Assembly: GCA_963786935.1 (NCBI GenBank)
Contig: CAWBAN010000003.1
Location: 96,001-160,000, forward strand
Source of the DNA: an uncultured bacterium
GTDB lineage: Bacteria > Krumholzibacteriota > Krumholzibacteriia > Krumholzibacteriales > Krumholzibacteriaceae
DNA: 64,000 bases
Direction of reading: 5' to 3'
Both the position numbers and the translations under genes were made by a program. Shown here piece after piece: positions 46,799 to 55,462 of this stretch. The notes under the pieces are model-generated. The model was not told where the DNA came from. It did not search any database and was given only the letters and a program-made list of their open reading frames with translations. Numbering within the stretch: the stretch's first letter is position 1; each line of letters begins with the position of its first letter.

Positions 46799-48553
46799 CT
46801 ACTCGAGGTTCAGCAGATACTCCTCCCAATCCCCCGGAAACTCGATCGTGTAGGCGATCCGGATCTCGATCTTCTGCTTCGGGGCGGGGGAGAGGTTCCA
46901 CGTCAGGATGCCGTCCTCGCGCTCCTCGGCGGGCTTCGGCTCGAGGTCGACGTTCGTCACCTTGATCTCCTTGACCGCCGGGACCGGGACGCGGTCCTGC
47001 AGCTTCACGCCCGCGGCGGCCTGCTTGAAGCTCTCGAGCGTGATCAGATAGCTGTACCGGATCTTCCGGACGGGGGCGCCTTCCTTCGTGATGTATTCCT
47101 TCTTCTCGAGCTTGTGCGTGACCTTGATGTCCTGATCGATCCCGAGGTGAACGGGGAACTCCTGACCGGCCGCCACCGTTTTGAGCATCTCCTTGCCGAC
47201 GAAGCTCGAGGTCCTGCCCTGCGCGCCCGGGGCCGCGGATTCGATGTAGACGTCCGCGGGACCGGCGAGAAGAGGCGCTCCGAGCGAGTTCGTCGCGTCC
47301 CCCGTGACGTAGACGTTCTGCGAGAGGCGGGGCGCCGTGTACCGCGAGAGCTTCCCCGTGAGCGTGCCCTGGAGAACGAGCACGCGCCGCGGATCGCGGC
47401 CGCTCGGAAGATCGACCGCCTTCGGGATCGAGAAGCTCGCGGCGAACTCGGACAAGGCGAGCTCGGCCTCGGGAATCTCCGCCTTGTACTCCTCCTCGGG
47501 GGGCGCCGGGGCGGGAAGCGCATCGGCGCTCGTTCGCGCAGTCCCGCTCTTCAAGGCGACGGCGCCCATGGCGCTCTCTTCCGCCATGGGCCGCATCCGC
47601 ATTATTTGCTGCAGGTAGTGCGGTGCGATCTCGGGGGGTGCCGCGCCGATCTGCGGCCGCGCCGTGGAGAGCGTGACGGCGACGTTCTTCCAGTCTTCGC
47701 CGGTGAACTGCCTGATCCACGCGTTGTAGGCGAGATCGATCGACTCCTTCGCCGTGTCGTAGCGGACCTGGTATTCCGGGCCCCACTGCGCGCCGGCGAC
47801 GTTGTAGGTGAGCGCGAGCTCGAGCGTTCCCGGGGAGGCTATCTCGCAATCGACGACGACGCGGCGGCTCCAGTCGCCCTTCGTCTGCATTTCGTTGATC
47901 TGGCCCATGACCCAGTTGATCTCCTCGGTGATCTTCGCGATGCGTTTGCTGAGACCGTCGCCCTTTTCGCTCATTCTCATGCGCTCCGAATGGATGAAAT
48001 CGAGGACGCTCTTCCAGTCCTGCACGCGGAAGATCTCGGTCGCGAGCTTCGTGCTTCCCTTTTCGAAGGGGAACTTCGCGTAGTTGTCCAGAAACTCCGC
48101 GGAGCTCATGAGCGCCCCCTGCTCCATCTGGAGCGAGTCGCGCCGGGCCGTGAGCCTGTCGAGCTTTTCCTTGAGCTCTTTGTAGCGCGGGGAATCCGCC
48201 GCGAGCCCCTGCACCCGAACGACGTCGATCCCCATGATGCGCGCGCGGGCCGTGCCCGCGCCCTCGACCTGAAGGGAGGATTCGTCGAACGTGCGCGGGA
48301 GGTCCGCGCAGACGAGCTTGTAGAGCCCCGCGGCGAGCTCGACCCGGCCGGTTCTCGTCACCTGCGCGCGGTCCGAATATACCGTGGCGGCCGCGATCCG
48401 CGTCGTGAGGGGAGTTTCTTTCGCATCGGACGCGCCGGCTGAGGCGACGCCGAGAAACGAAAGCGCGAGCGCGGCGAACGATAGGACGATCGCGGCGCAC
48501 CAAACGCCGATCGCGAGCGATCCGAATCGCGTCGGCCTGTCTCTGAAGCTCAT
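46799..48553 (-). CDS. DUF4139/DUF4140 (MuiA-like) protein
   Basis: ATVYSDRAQVTR, coiled coil, LTYNV..A.W.P.Y, QFTGEDWKNV...LSTARP, LQDRVP, GILTW. Confidence 0.85.
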   Translation of the reverse strand: MSFRDRPTRFGSLAIGVWCAAIVLSFAALALSFLGVASAGASDAKETPLTTRIAAATVYSDRAQVTRTGRVELAAGLYKLVCADLPRTFDESSLQVEGAGTARARIMGIDVVRVQGLAADSPRYKELKEKLDRLTARRDSLQMEQGALMSSAEFLDNYAKFPFEKGSTKLATEIFRVQDWKSVLDFIHSERMRMSEKGDGLSKRIAKITEEINWVMGQINEMQTKGDWSRRVVVDCEIASPGTLELALTYNVAGAQWGPEYQVRYDTAKESIDLAYNAWIRQFTGEDWKNVAVTLSTARPQIGAAPPEIAPHYLQQIMRMRPMAEESAMGAVALKSGTARTSADALPAPAPPEEEYKAEIPEAELALSEFAASFSIPKAVDLPSGRDPRRVLVLQGTLTGKLSRYTAPRLSQNVYVTGDATNSLGAPLLAGPADVYIESAAPGAQGRTSSFVGKEMLKTVAAGQEFPVHLGIDQDIKVTHKLEKKEYITKEGAPVRKIRYSYLITLESFKQAAAGVKLQDRVPVPAVKEIKVTNVDLEPKPAEEREDGILTWNLSPAPKQKIEIRIAYTIEFPGDWEEYLLNLE

Positions 48554-48577
48554 GACAACCTCCTTGGAATCGATCGA

Positions 48578-49675
48578 TCAAAAGACGACGGCGACGGAGT
48601 CCCCCTGCACGCGCACGACATTCATCCGCGGGGCCCATTCCCGCTCCGCGTACGTGTAGTTGCCGCCGGGGCCGCTGAAATCGCCGATCTTCTTCATGGC
48701 GTTCGCGATGTTGATACGTTCCGCGCGCTTGATGTCGACCGCCTTCGCGACGATGCGCATCGCGTCGTACTCGAAGATGCCGGCCGGCGTCGGCGCCGCG
48801 TTGAATTTCTTCCGATACCGCTCGGCGAACTCGGGATTGCCCGAGAGCTCGAGGGCGGGGACGGCGTAGTAGCATCCGTCGCGCGACGGGCCGGCGAGCG
48901 CGGCGAACGCCGGATCCCCGAAATCGGGCGAGCCGACGATCGCTCCCTTGAATCCGGCCGCGCGGAGCCCGGCGAGAACGCCGGCCGCGGCCTTGCCGGC
49001 TCCGAAGACGTACACGGCGCCCGGATCCTGCGAGAGCGCCATGCTGACCGCCGATTTGATCGACGCGGCGTCGTCGATGAACGGCTCCGCGACGAGCAGC
49101 TTGATGCCGAGCGCCGGGAGCTCGTTCTTGAACGCCTTCGCGGCGTCGTTTCCGTCGTCGTCGTTGAAATAGAGCACGGAGGCCCGGTCGACCTTGAGCG
49201 GCGACGCGAGGAATCCCGCGGTCGTTCTGATATCGAGCATCGTGTTCGGGACGATCCTGAACGCGTTCAAATGCATCGTCGTGATGAGCGGATGCCTGCA
49301 GCCGGCGAAGACGGGGACGACCTCGATCTCCGCCTTCGGCGTGACGGCGAGGCAGGCGAATCGGGACACGACGAAGCAGACGAGGATCTTCTTGTCGAGG
49401 AGCTGGCTCTTGAAGGCCGCGACGGCCGCCCCCGGATCGTTCCCGTCGCCGTCGACGACGAGCTCGTACCGGACCGTCGGATTCGAGGCGTTGAGCTCCT
49501 CGATCGCGAGCTGGAGCCCGTGCAGGTGCTGGGCGCCGATATCGGCCCCCGCTCCGCCGAGCGGCAGTATCGCGCCGATCCTGATGATCTCCGGTTTATT
49601 GCCGCAGCCGGCCGGCAGCGCGAGGGCGCAGCAGGCGGCAACGACAGCGATGCGTCGAAGAAGCGACATGCTCAT
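48578..49675 (-). CDS. LivJ-like periplasmic substrate-binding lipoprotein
   Basis: Lipobox PAGC; IRIGAILPLGG..A..G; LAIEELN; YDA. Confidence 0.8.
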   Translation of the reverse strand: MSMSLLRRIAVVAACCALALPAGCGNKPEIIRIGAILPLGGAGADIGAQHLHGLQLAIEELNASNPTVRYELVVDGDGNDPGAAVAAFKSQLLDKKILVCFVVSRFACLAVTPKAEIEVVPVFAGCRHPLITTMHLNAFRIVPNTMLDIRTTAGFLASPLKVDRASVLYFNDDDGNDAAKAFKNELPALGIKLLVAEPFIDDAASIKSAVSMALSQDPGAVYVFGAGKAAAGVLAGLRAAGFKGAIVGSPDFGDPAFAALAGPSRDGCYYAVPALELSGNPEFAERYRKKFNAAPTPAGIFEYDAMRIVAKAVDIKRAERINIANAMKKIGDFSGPGGNYTYAEREWAPRMNVVRVQGDSVAVVF

Positions 49676-49793
49676 CCCGCGACCTCCCGATTGGAATTGC
49701 GCCCCTCATCCTATCAGATAAAAGCCGTTGAAAAGAACGCTTTTTCGATGCATATTAGCCCTGCCGAATTCATAAACCGCAAGGAGCCGATCG

Positions 49794-50984
49794 ATGAAGA
49801 ACATTCATAAATACCATATGGATACGCAGTGCGTCCACGCCGGGTTCAAGGGCGAGCAGACCGGGGCGGTCGTGACGCCGATCTACCAGGTTTCCACCTT
49901 CGCGTTCAGGGACGCGGATCACGGGGCGGATCTCTTCGGGGGGAAAGGCGAGGGTTACATCTACACGAGAATGGCGAATCCTACCGTGCAGGCATGCGAG
50001 CGCGCCGTGGCGGAGCTCGAGGGGGGCTTCGGGGGCCTCGGATGCGGCTCGGGGATGGCGGCGATCCATACGACCTTCGCCGCGCTGCTTCGCGCCGGGG
50101 ATCACGCCGTCTGCTCGTCGGTCGTCTACGGTCCGACCCAGACGCTCCTGGCCGGCGTCATGTCGCGCTTCGGCATCGAAGCGACATTCGTCGACACCGC
50201 CGACACGGCCGCCGTGAAGAAGGCGATGCGTCCGAACACGAGGCTCGTTTTCGTCGAGACGCCGGGGAATCCCGTGCTCTCGGTGAGCGATCTCGCCGCA
50301 ATCGCGGAGATCGCTCATCGGGGAGGCGCCAAGCTCGCCGTCGACAACACCTTCATGAGCCCCGTGCTTCAACGGCCGATCGCGCTCGGCGCCGATGTCG
50401 TCGTTCACTCGATGACGAAGTTCCTCAACGGGCACGCCGACGTCGTCGCCGGCATGATCGTCGTGAAGACGGAGGAGGAATACGGCGCGTTCCGGAAGGT
50501 CCTGAACCAGCTCGGCGGGGTCATCGATCCGTTCAACTCGTTCCTCGTCTCCCGCGGGATCAAGACGCTCGCGCTCCGGATGGAGCGCCACTGCGCGAGC
50601 GCCGAGAAGGTCGCGCGGTATCTCGCGAAGCATCCGAAGGTCTCGAAGGTCAACTATCCGTGGCTCGAGTCCCATCCGCAGCACGCGCTGGCGAAGCGGC
50701 AGATGAAGGGAGGAGGCGGCGTCGTGAGCTTCGAGCTCGCCGGCGGCATCGAAGCGGGGAAGACCCTCATGAACTCGCTCCATCTCTGCACGCTCGCCGT
50801 GAGCCTCGGCGGCGTCGAAACGCTCATCGAGCATCCCGCTTCGATGACGCACGCCTCGATGGGGGCCGCGGCGCGCGCGGCGGCCGGCATCCCGGAGGGG
50901 CTCGTGCGGATTTCGGTGGGCATCGAGGACGCCGGAGAGATCGTCGCCGACCTCGATCAGGGGCTCGCGGCGATCAAAGGGTAG
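49794..50984 (+). CDS. PLP-dependent trans-sulfuration enzyme (methionine gamma-lyase-like)
   Basis: PIYQVSTF, YTRMANPT, SGMAAI, ETPGNP, DNTF, HSMTKFLNGH, VSLGGVETLIEHPASMTH. Confidence 0.9.
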   Translation: MKNIHKYHMDTQCVHAGFKGEQTGAVVTPIYQVSTFAFRDADHGADLFGGKGEGYIYTRMANPTVQACERAVAELEGGFGGLGCGSGMAAIHTTFAALLRAGDHAVCSSVVYGPTQTLLAGVMSRFGIEATFVDTADTAAVKKAMRPNTRLVFVETPGNPVLSVSDLAAIAEIAHRGGAKLAVDNTFMSPVLQRPIALGADVVVHSMTKFLNGHADVVAGMIVVKTEEEYGAFRKVLNQLGGVIDPFNSFLVSRGIKTLALRMERHCASAEKVARYLAKHPKVSKVNYPWLESHPQHALAKRQMKGGGGVVSFELAGGIEAGKTLMNSLHLCTLAVSLGGVETLIEHPASMTHASMGAAARAAAGIPEGLVRISVGIEDAGEIVADLDQGLAAIKG

Positions 50985-50994
50985 GGAGCGTCAC

Positions 50995-51618
50995 ATGCTC
51001 GCATGGAACGAATACGTCCAGATCATCATCGCGCTCATCGTGATCATCGATCCCCTCGGCGCGATCCCGATCTTCATCGGCCTCACCGCGAATCAGTCCA
51101 ACGAGCAGCGGAAGCGCACGGCGTACGTCGCCTCTCTCTCCGTCGCGATCATCCTCGTCGTGTCGTGCTTCATCGGCGAGTATATCCTCAAGCTCTTCGG
51201 GATCTCGATCGCGTCCTTCAGGATCGGCGGAGGCATTCTTCTCATGCTCATGTCGATCGCGATGATGAACGCGAAGATCAGCCCGGCGAAGCGCACCGAG
51301 GCCGAGGAGGAGGAGGCGCACGGGAAGGAGCACATCGCCGTCGTGCCGCTCGCGATCCCGCTCTTGGCCGGTCCCGGCGCGATCAGTCTCGCGATCATCT
51401 ACTCGGAGAAGATCACGGGCGTCGTCAACACGGGCTTTCTCGTGCTCAGCTGCATCGTCGTCGCCGCTCTCATGTGGGGCGCTCTGAGGCTGTCCACGCG
51501 CATTTCGAAGGTGCTCGGCCATACGGGGATCAACATCGCGACGCGCATCATGGGGCTGATACTGGCCGCCATTTCCATCGAGTTCATCGCGAGCGGCTAC
51601 AAGGTGCTGTTCAGGTAG
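50995..51618 (+). CDS. MarC family membrane protein
   Basis: DPLGAIPIF, FGISIASFRIGGG, VPLAIPLLAGPGAI, RIMGLIL. Confidence 0.9.
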   Translation: MLAWNEYVQIIIALIVIIDPLGAIPIFIGLTANQSNEQRKRTAYVASLSVAIILVVSCFIGEYILKLFGISIASFRIGGGILLMLMSIAMMNAKISPAKRTEAEEEEAHGKEHIAVVPLAIPLLAGPGAISLAIIYSEKITGVVNTGFLVLSCIVVAALMWGALRLSTRISKVLGHTGINIATRIMGLILAAISIEFIASGYKVLFR

Positions 51619-51716
51619 CCCGATACGCGGGTCCTGCCGGCGATTGCACCCCATCCGTGCTCGCGGTGCTGCGCGCGGATGGGGACCCCATCGCCGTCAC
51701 CCGCTACCGGTGCATG

Positions 51717-51890
51717 TGCGGAGGCCCCGATCGAGGCGGCTATTCTGGGCATAGACGCCTCGCCTGCCTGCCAACGAATCGCGCACAAGGCATTTCGACT
51801 TCAACGAGTTGGGATAAGCAACTCGGCGATTGCCGGGAGGCTCGGCGTCGCCGACAAAACGGTGGCTAGGACTATTGCACGGTTCAAGTG
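51717..51890 (+). repeat. Degenerate element remnant, copy 1 (3' part, HTH-like)
   Basis: Encodes AEAPIEAAIL...QRIAHKAFRLQRVGISNSAIAGRLGVADKTV; homologous to 54744-54885 and 62281-62362. Confidence 0.6.
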
Positions 51891-51987
51891 GCGCAAGCAT
51901 CTTGACGCGGAATCGAATCTCCTATAGTATTCTCCACAAGCGGAATCCAATATCTCTAACCTGCAATCACCGAACGGGGGGATACCC

Positions 51988-54660
51988 ATGATTGGCGGCA
52001 ATCTGGGTCGCTATCGAATCCTTGAGCTGATAGGCAAGGGTGGGATGGGCGAGGTATATCTGGCTTTGGATGAACGCCTGCAGCGCAAGGTAGCTATTAA
52101 GATCCTTCCCTCGGATTGTCTGTCTTCCGAGCAGGACCGCAGAAAATTCAGGCACGAGGCGCTCGCTATTTCACGCCTGAATCATTCAAATATAGCGACC
52201 GTTCATGATTTTGATACCTTTGGCGGAGTTGACGCGCTCATTATGGAGCATGTTTCTGGAGGTACCTTGGGCGATATTATCGCCCAGGGTGCGCTGCCGC
52301 TCATGCGCTGCATGGAGCTTGGCGCTCAACTGGCGAGAGGCCTCGAAGCTGCTCACCGGCACGGCGTCGTTCACCGCGATCTCAAGCCGAAGAACATCAA
52401 GGTGACCCCAGAGGGGATCCTCAAGATTCTTGACTTCGGCATCGCCCGGCTTATCAAGTCCGCGACAGCCTGCGCCGCGAGTGAATCTCTCCCGGCGAGC
52501 GAATCCGTCGGCGGGACTCCCTCTTATATGAGCCCGGAGCAAGCAAAGGGGGAGGAGGTAGGCCCGGCGAGCGACCTGTTCAGCCTTGGGCTCGTGCTGT
52601 ATGAGATGGTAACGGGACGCCACGCCTTCGAAGCGGATTACCAAGCCGCCATCATTTACCGGATCGTGCACGATGACCCAGTTGCGCCATCGAAGCTGCG
52701 CCCGGATCTACCTCAGAAGCTCGAATCGCTTATCCTTCGTCTCCTTAGCAAGACGCCGACAGGACGTCCCCGCTCGGCCGGCGAGATTGCTGTGGAGCTC
52801 GAGTCAATGGCCTCACCGACTGGTTTGCCCGCTCGCAAGAACCATAAGCGCGCCTTTCTTTGGAGCAGCCTCTGGGTGGCCGGAGTTCTATTACTCGGAT
52901 CCGCCCTGGCCTACATCTTCAGGCCTGCTGAGGTGTATTCCAGCCGAAGCGGCGAGGGCACTGTCCGGCAGCTTACATTCACGGGCGATGCGAACATTCC
53001 ATCCTGGTCCCCGGATGGAAAGCACATAGCCTTTTGCAGGTCGGACGGTGCGTATGTGGTGCCTGCGAGCGGCGGAGCGGCTCGCAAGCTTGTTTCGTCG
53101 AGCACGACCTGGGTCATTCCATGGGGTTGGACCAACGACGGCAACGCCGTTCTCGCTCACGAACCCATGGGAAGCTCCGGCTACGCTCAGATCGCGCGCC
53201 TGGATATTCTCGGTGCCGATGAGCAAGTTCTGATCGAGAAGGCCACGTTTCCAGCAATGTCGCCGGACGGTCGTACGCTAGCTTTTCTGAATTACGCCGA
53301 TACGAGCATTTCTCTCATGGATATCGCCACCGGGCGAACAACACCGCTCGTCAAACCTGAGAACAAAGATATTGCGGTATACAAGCCCAAGTGGTTTCCT
53401 GGCGGGAAGAGGCTCACTTACATGCGTTGGGCAGGGGGGCCCGGTCATGAGCTATGGACGATCAACCGGGATGGTACTGGCAAGCGTCAGGTGAGCAGCA
53501 ACGGCATCCAGTGGGCGGGGCAGTACAGTATCACCCCTGATGGCCGCAGCGCTCTAATCGGTGGGGAATTGGGGGGAGTCTGGTATGTATGGCGGGTTTC
53601 GCTGGACGGCCAGGATCATGAACGGCTCACCGAGGGAGCTGAGCACGACTGCCATGTCAGCGCGTCTCCGGACGGCAGGAGGTTCGTATTCGGACGCTCC
53701 GTGGACGTGAGTCGCATTGCCCTCTTGGATGCGCAGACGGGAAGTATCGCTTACCCGATCGAGATGAGCGTCAGCAACCGTTACCCGAGCTTCGCGCCGG
53801 ACGGCGGCTCAATCTTCTTTCAGGCGCTTGTCAACGGTCGCTGGCAGGTATGGAGAGGATTTCTTGGCGAGAAGGGCAAGGCAGAACCGGTTCTTGCTCA
53901 GAAAGAGGTTTCGTTCTTCGCTCCCTCGGCAGCCGGCAATGATATTTACCATATCCGTTCGCAAGTCGGTCAGGTTCATATATGGGGTCCGATCAAATGG
54001 TCGCAATCACTTTGGAGGTGCGCGGCGGACGGGGGGCGACCGCGCCAAGTCAGTGCTGAACAGGAAACTGTCAACCGCGTTGCTCCGTCGCCTGGCCCGC
54101 CAGGGCAGGTTCTCTACAGTTGCACAATTCCTTCAACCGCATACGAGACATTGTTTCTCAAGGTTGGGGATTCTGCCCCGACGGTCATCCATAAGGACTC
54201 TGATGGGGACACGTTTGATCTCTTCGATTGGGGGCCGGATGAGAACTCAGTCATCGTGGTGGTTTCAGCCGACCCAAAGACCGGAAAGGATCAAGCTGTC
54301 ATCAGCCTAAACACGCGATCCGAAGCGAGTACACAGTTGCTGACCGCGAACCAGTTGTGCCGGGATCTTGGGACTACGAAGCAAGTCCACATCCAATTGC
54401 TGGCTCTGGCCTCGGATCGTCACCGCCTGGCGCTGGCGCTGAACGTCACGGACTCTGCAGGTAACTCAGGGATCCGTGTGGTCATTCGAGACCTTAGAAA
54501 TGGCGATGAACGCAACGTCTACGTCCCGGCTGTTGGCGAGAGCATCGGGCATATGGTCTGGTCCCCGGACGGCAAACATCTAGCCCTCGAGATTAACCGT
54601 CAGAAGTCGGATATCTTCATGTGGGAGCCTTCTGCTCCGGACCGCGTGGCTTCGCGGTAG
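51988..54660 (+). CDS. Hanks-type Ser/Thr protein kinase with TM and TolB/PD40 beta-propeller
   Basis: IGKGGMGEVY, VAIK, HRDLKPKN, DFG, GTPSYMSPEQ, DLFSLG; WSPDG repeats; visibly lower GC than the flanking host genes. Confidence 0.92.
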   Translation: MIGGNLGRYRILELIGKGGMGEVYLALDERLQRKVAIKILPSDCLSSEQDRRKFRHEALAISRLNHSNIATVHDFDTFGGVDALIMEHVSGGTLGDIIAQGALPLMRCMELGAQLARGLEAAHRHGVVHRDLKPKNIKVTPEGILKILDFGIARLIKSATACAASESLPASESVGGTPSYMSPEQAKGEEVGPASDLFSLGLVLYEMVTGRHAFEADYQAAIIYRIVHDDPVAPSKLRPDLPQKLESLILRLLSKTPTGRPRSAGEIAVELESMASPTGLPARKNHKRAFLWSSLWVAGVLLLGSALAYIFRPAEVYSSRSGEGTVRQLTFTGDANIPSWSPDGKHIAFCRSDGAYVVPASGGAARKLVSSSTTWVIPWGWTNDGNAVLAHEPMGSSGYAQIARLDILGADEQVLIEKATFPAMSPDGRTLAFLNYADTSISLMDIATGRTTPLVKPENKDIAVYKPKWFPGGKRLTYMRWAGGPGHELWTINRDGTGKRQVSSNGIQWAGQYSITPDGRSALIGGELGGVWYVWRVSLDGQDHERLTEGAEHDCHVSASPDGRRFVFGRSVDVSRIALLDAQTGSIAYPIEMSVSNRYPSFAPDGGSIFFQALVNGRWQVWRGFLGEKGKAEPVLAQKEVSFFAPSAAGNDIYHIRSQVGQVHIWGPIKWSQSLWRCAADGGRPRQVSAEQETVNRVAPSPGPPGQVLYSCTIPSTAYETLFLKVGDSAPTVIHKDSDGDTFDLFDWGPDENSVIVVVSADPKTGKDQAVISLNTRSEASTQLLTANQLCRDLGTTKQVHIQLLALASDRHRLALALNVTDSAGNSGIRVVIRDLRNGDERNVYVPAVGESIGHMVWSPDGKHLALEINRQKSDIFMWEPSAPDRVASR

Positions 54661-54743
54661 TAGTAGACGATCAAACGAGGGCGATCCTGCTGGACTTCTC
54701 CCAACCAACTTCGCCAAGCTGAAGCTCCATCTTTTGATTTGAA

Positions 54744-54885
54744 ATGGCGGACACGCTCGCAAGGAATTCGGACCTTTGCGGAGATCCCCATTGAGGCGGA
54801 AATTCTGGACACCGGCGCCGTGTCCGTCTCCCGGCAAATCACGGCTCAGGTGTTCCAGCTTCGACGGCTTGGAATGAGCGATACG
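54744..54885 (+). repeat. Degenerate element remnant, copy 2
   Basis: ATGGCGGACACGCTCGCAAGGAATTCGGACCTTTGCGGAGAT...; encodes WRTRSQGIRTFAEIPIEAEIL...LRRLGMSD. Confidence 0.65.
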
Positions 54886-54961
54886 TCGACCCGACGGCCG
54901 GAAAGGCCCGCACATGAAGGAAGAACATCACGAAGAAGGCCGGCCCGTTGACAGGAATGGC

Positions 54962-55445
54962 CTACCGCGCGAGCACGAGCTTGGATCGCGCGATAATGCG
55001 TTCGCCGCTCTTGAGGACCGCGAGGTACACGCCGGACGGGAGCGTCGTTCCGCGGCGATCTCTGCCGCTCCAGCGGATCCTCGCCTCGCCGCCGGCGTCG
55101 GCGCGCGCCTCGAGGTCGCAGAGAGAATGCCCGGCGACGTCGTAGATCGAAACGGTGACGATCGCACCCGGCTCGCCCCGCGCGGAGATCTGGGTCTCCG
55201 GGTTGAACGGGTTCGGGCTCGAGGAGAGGGATGGAGATACACGCTCCGGCGCGCCCGGCGCTCCCCCAGAATCGTCTCGCGAGATGGCGTTTCGCCCGTG
55301 GGAGCTATTGACCGCGCCGTTGGAGTGTGATTTTCCCGTGCGGCCGCCGTCTCCGCCGGGCGGGGGAACGTTCGTTATGCGCTCCTCGATCCCGTCAACG
55401 TTGATGTGGCCGAACGGGGAACGTCGTTGTCGGCGATCGTGAGAG
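54962..55445 (-). pseudogene. Orphan duplicate of the 3' end (linker + FlgD-Ig domain) of the gene at 58596-60464
   Basis: Near-identical to about 58596-59075. Open frame PFGHINVDGIEER...SPNPFNPET...KLVLAR* with no upstream start codon of its own. Confidence 0.8.
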
Positions 55446-55462
55446 AGCCTGCGACTGATGTG

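Noticed and set aside
54745..54774. tRNA gene on the minus strand (also 62282-62311)
   Set aside because: Only a T-loop-like/CCA-like end with wrong spacing and no cloverleaf. Kept only as a possible att-like relic.
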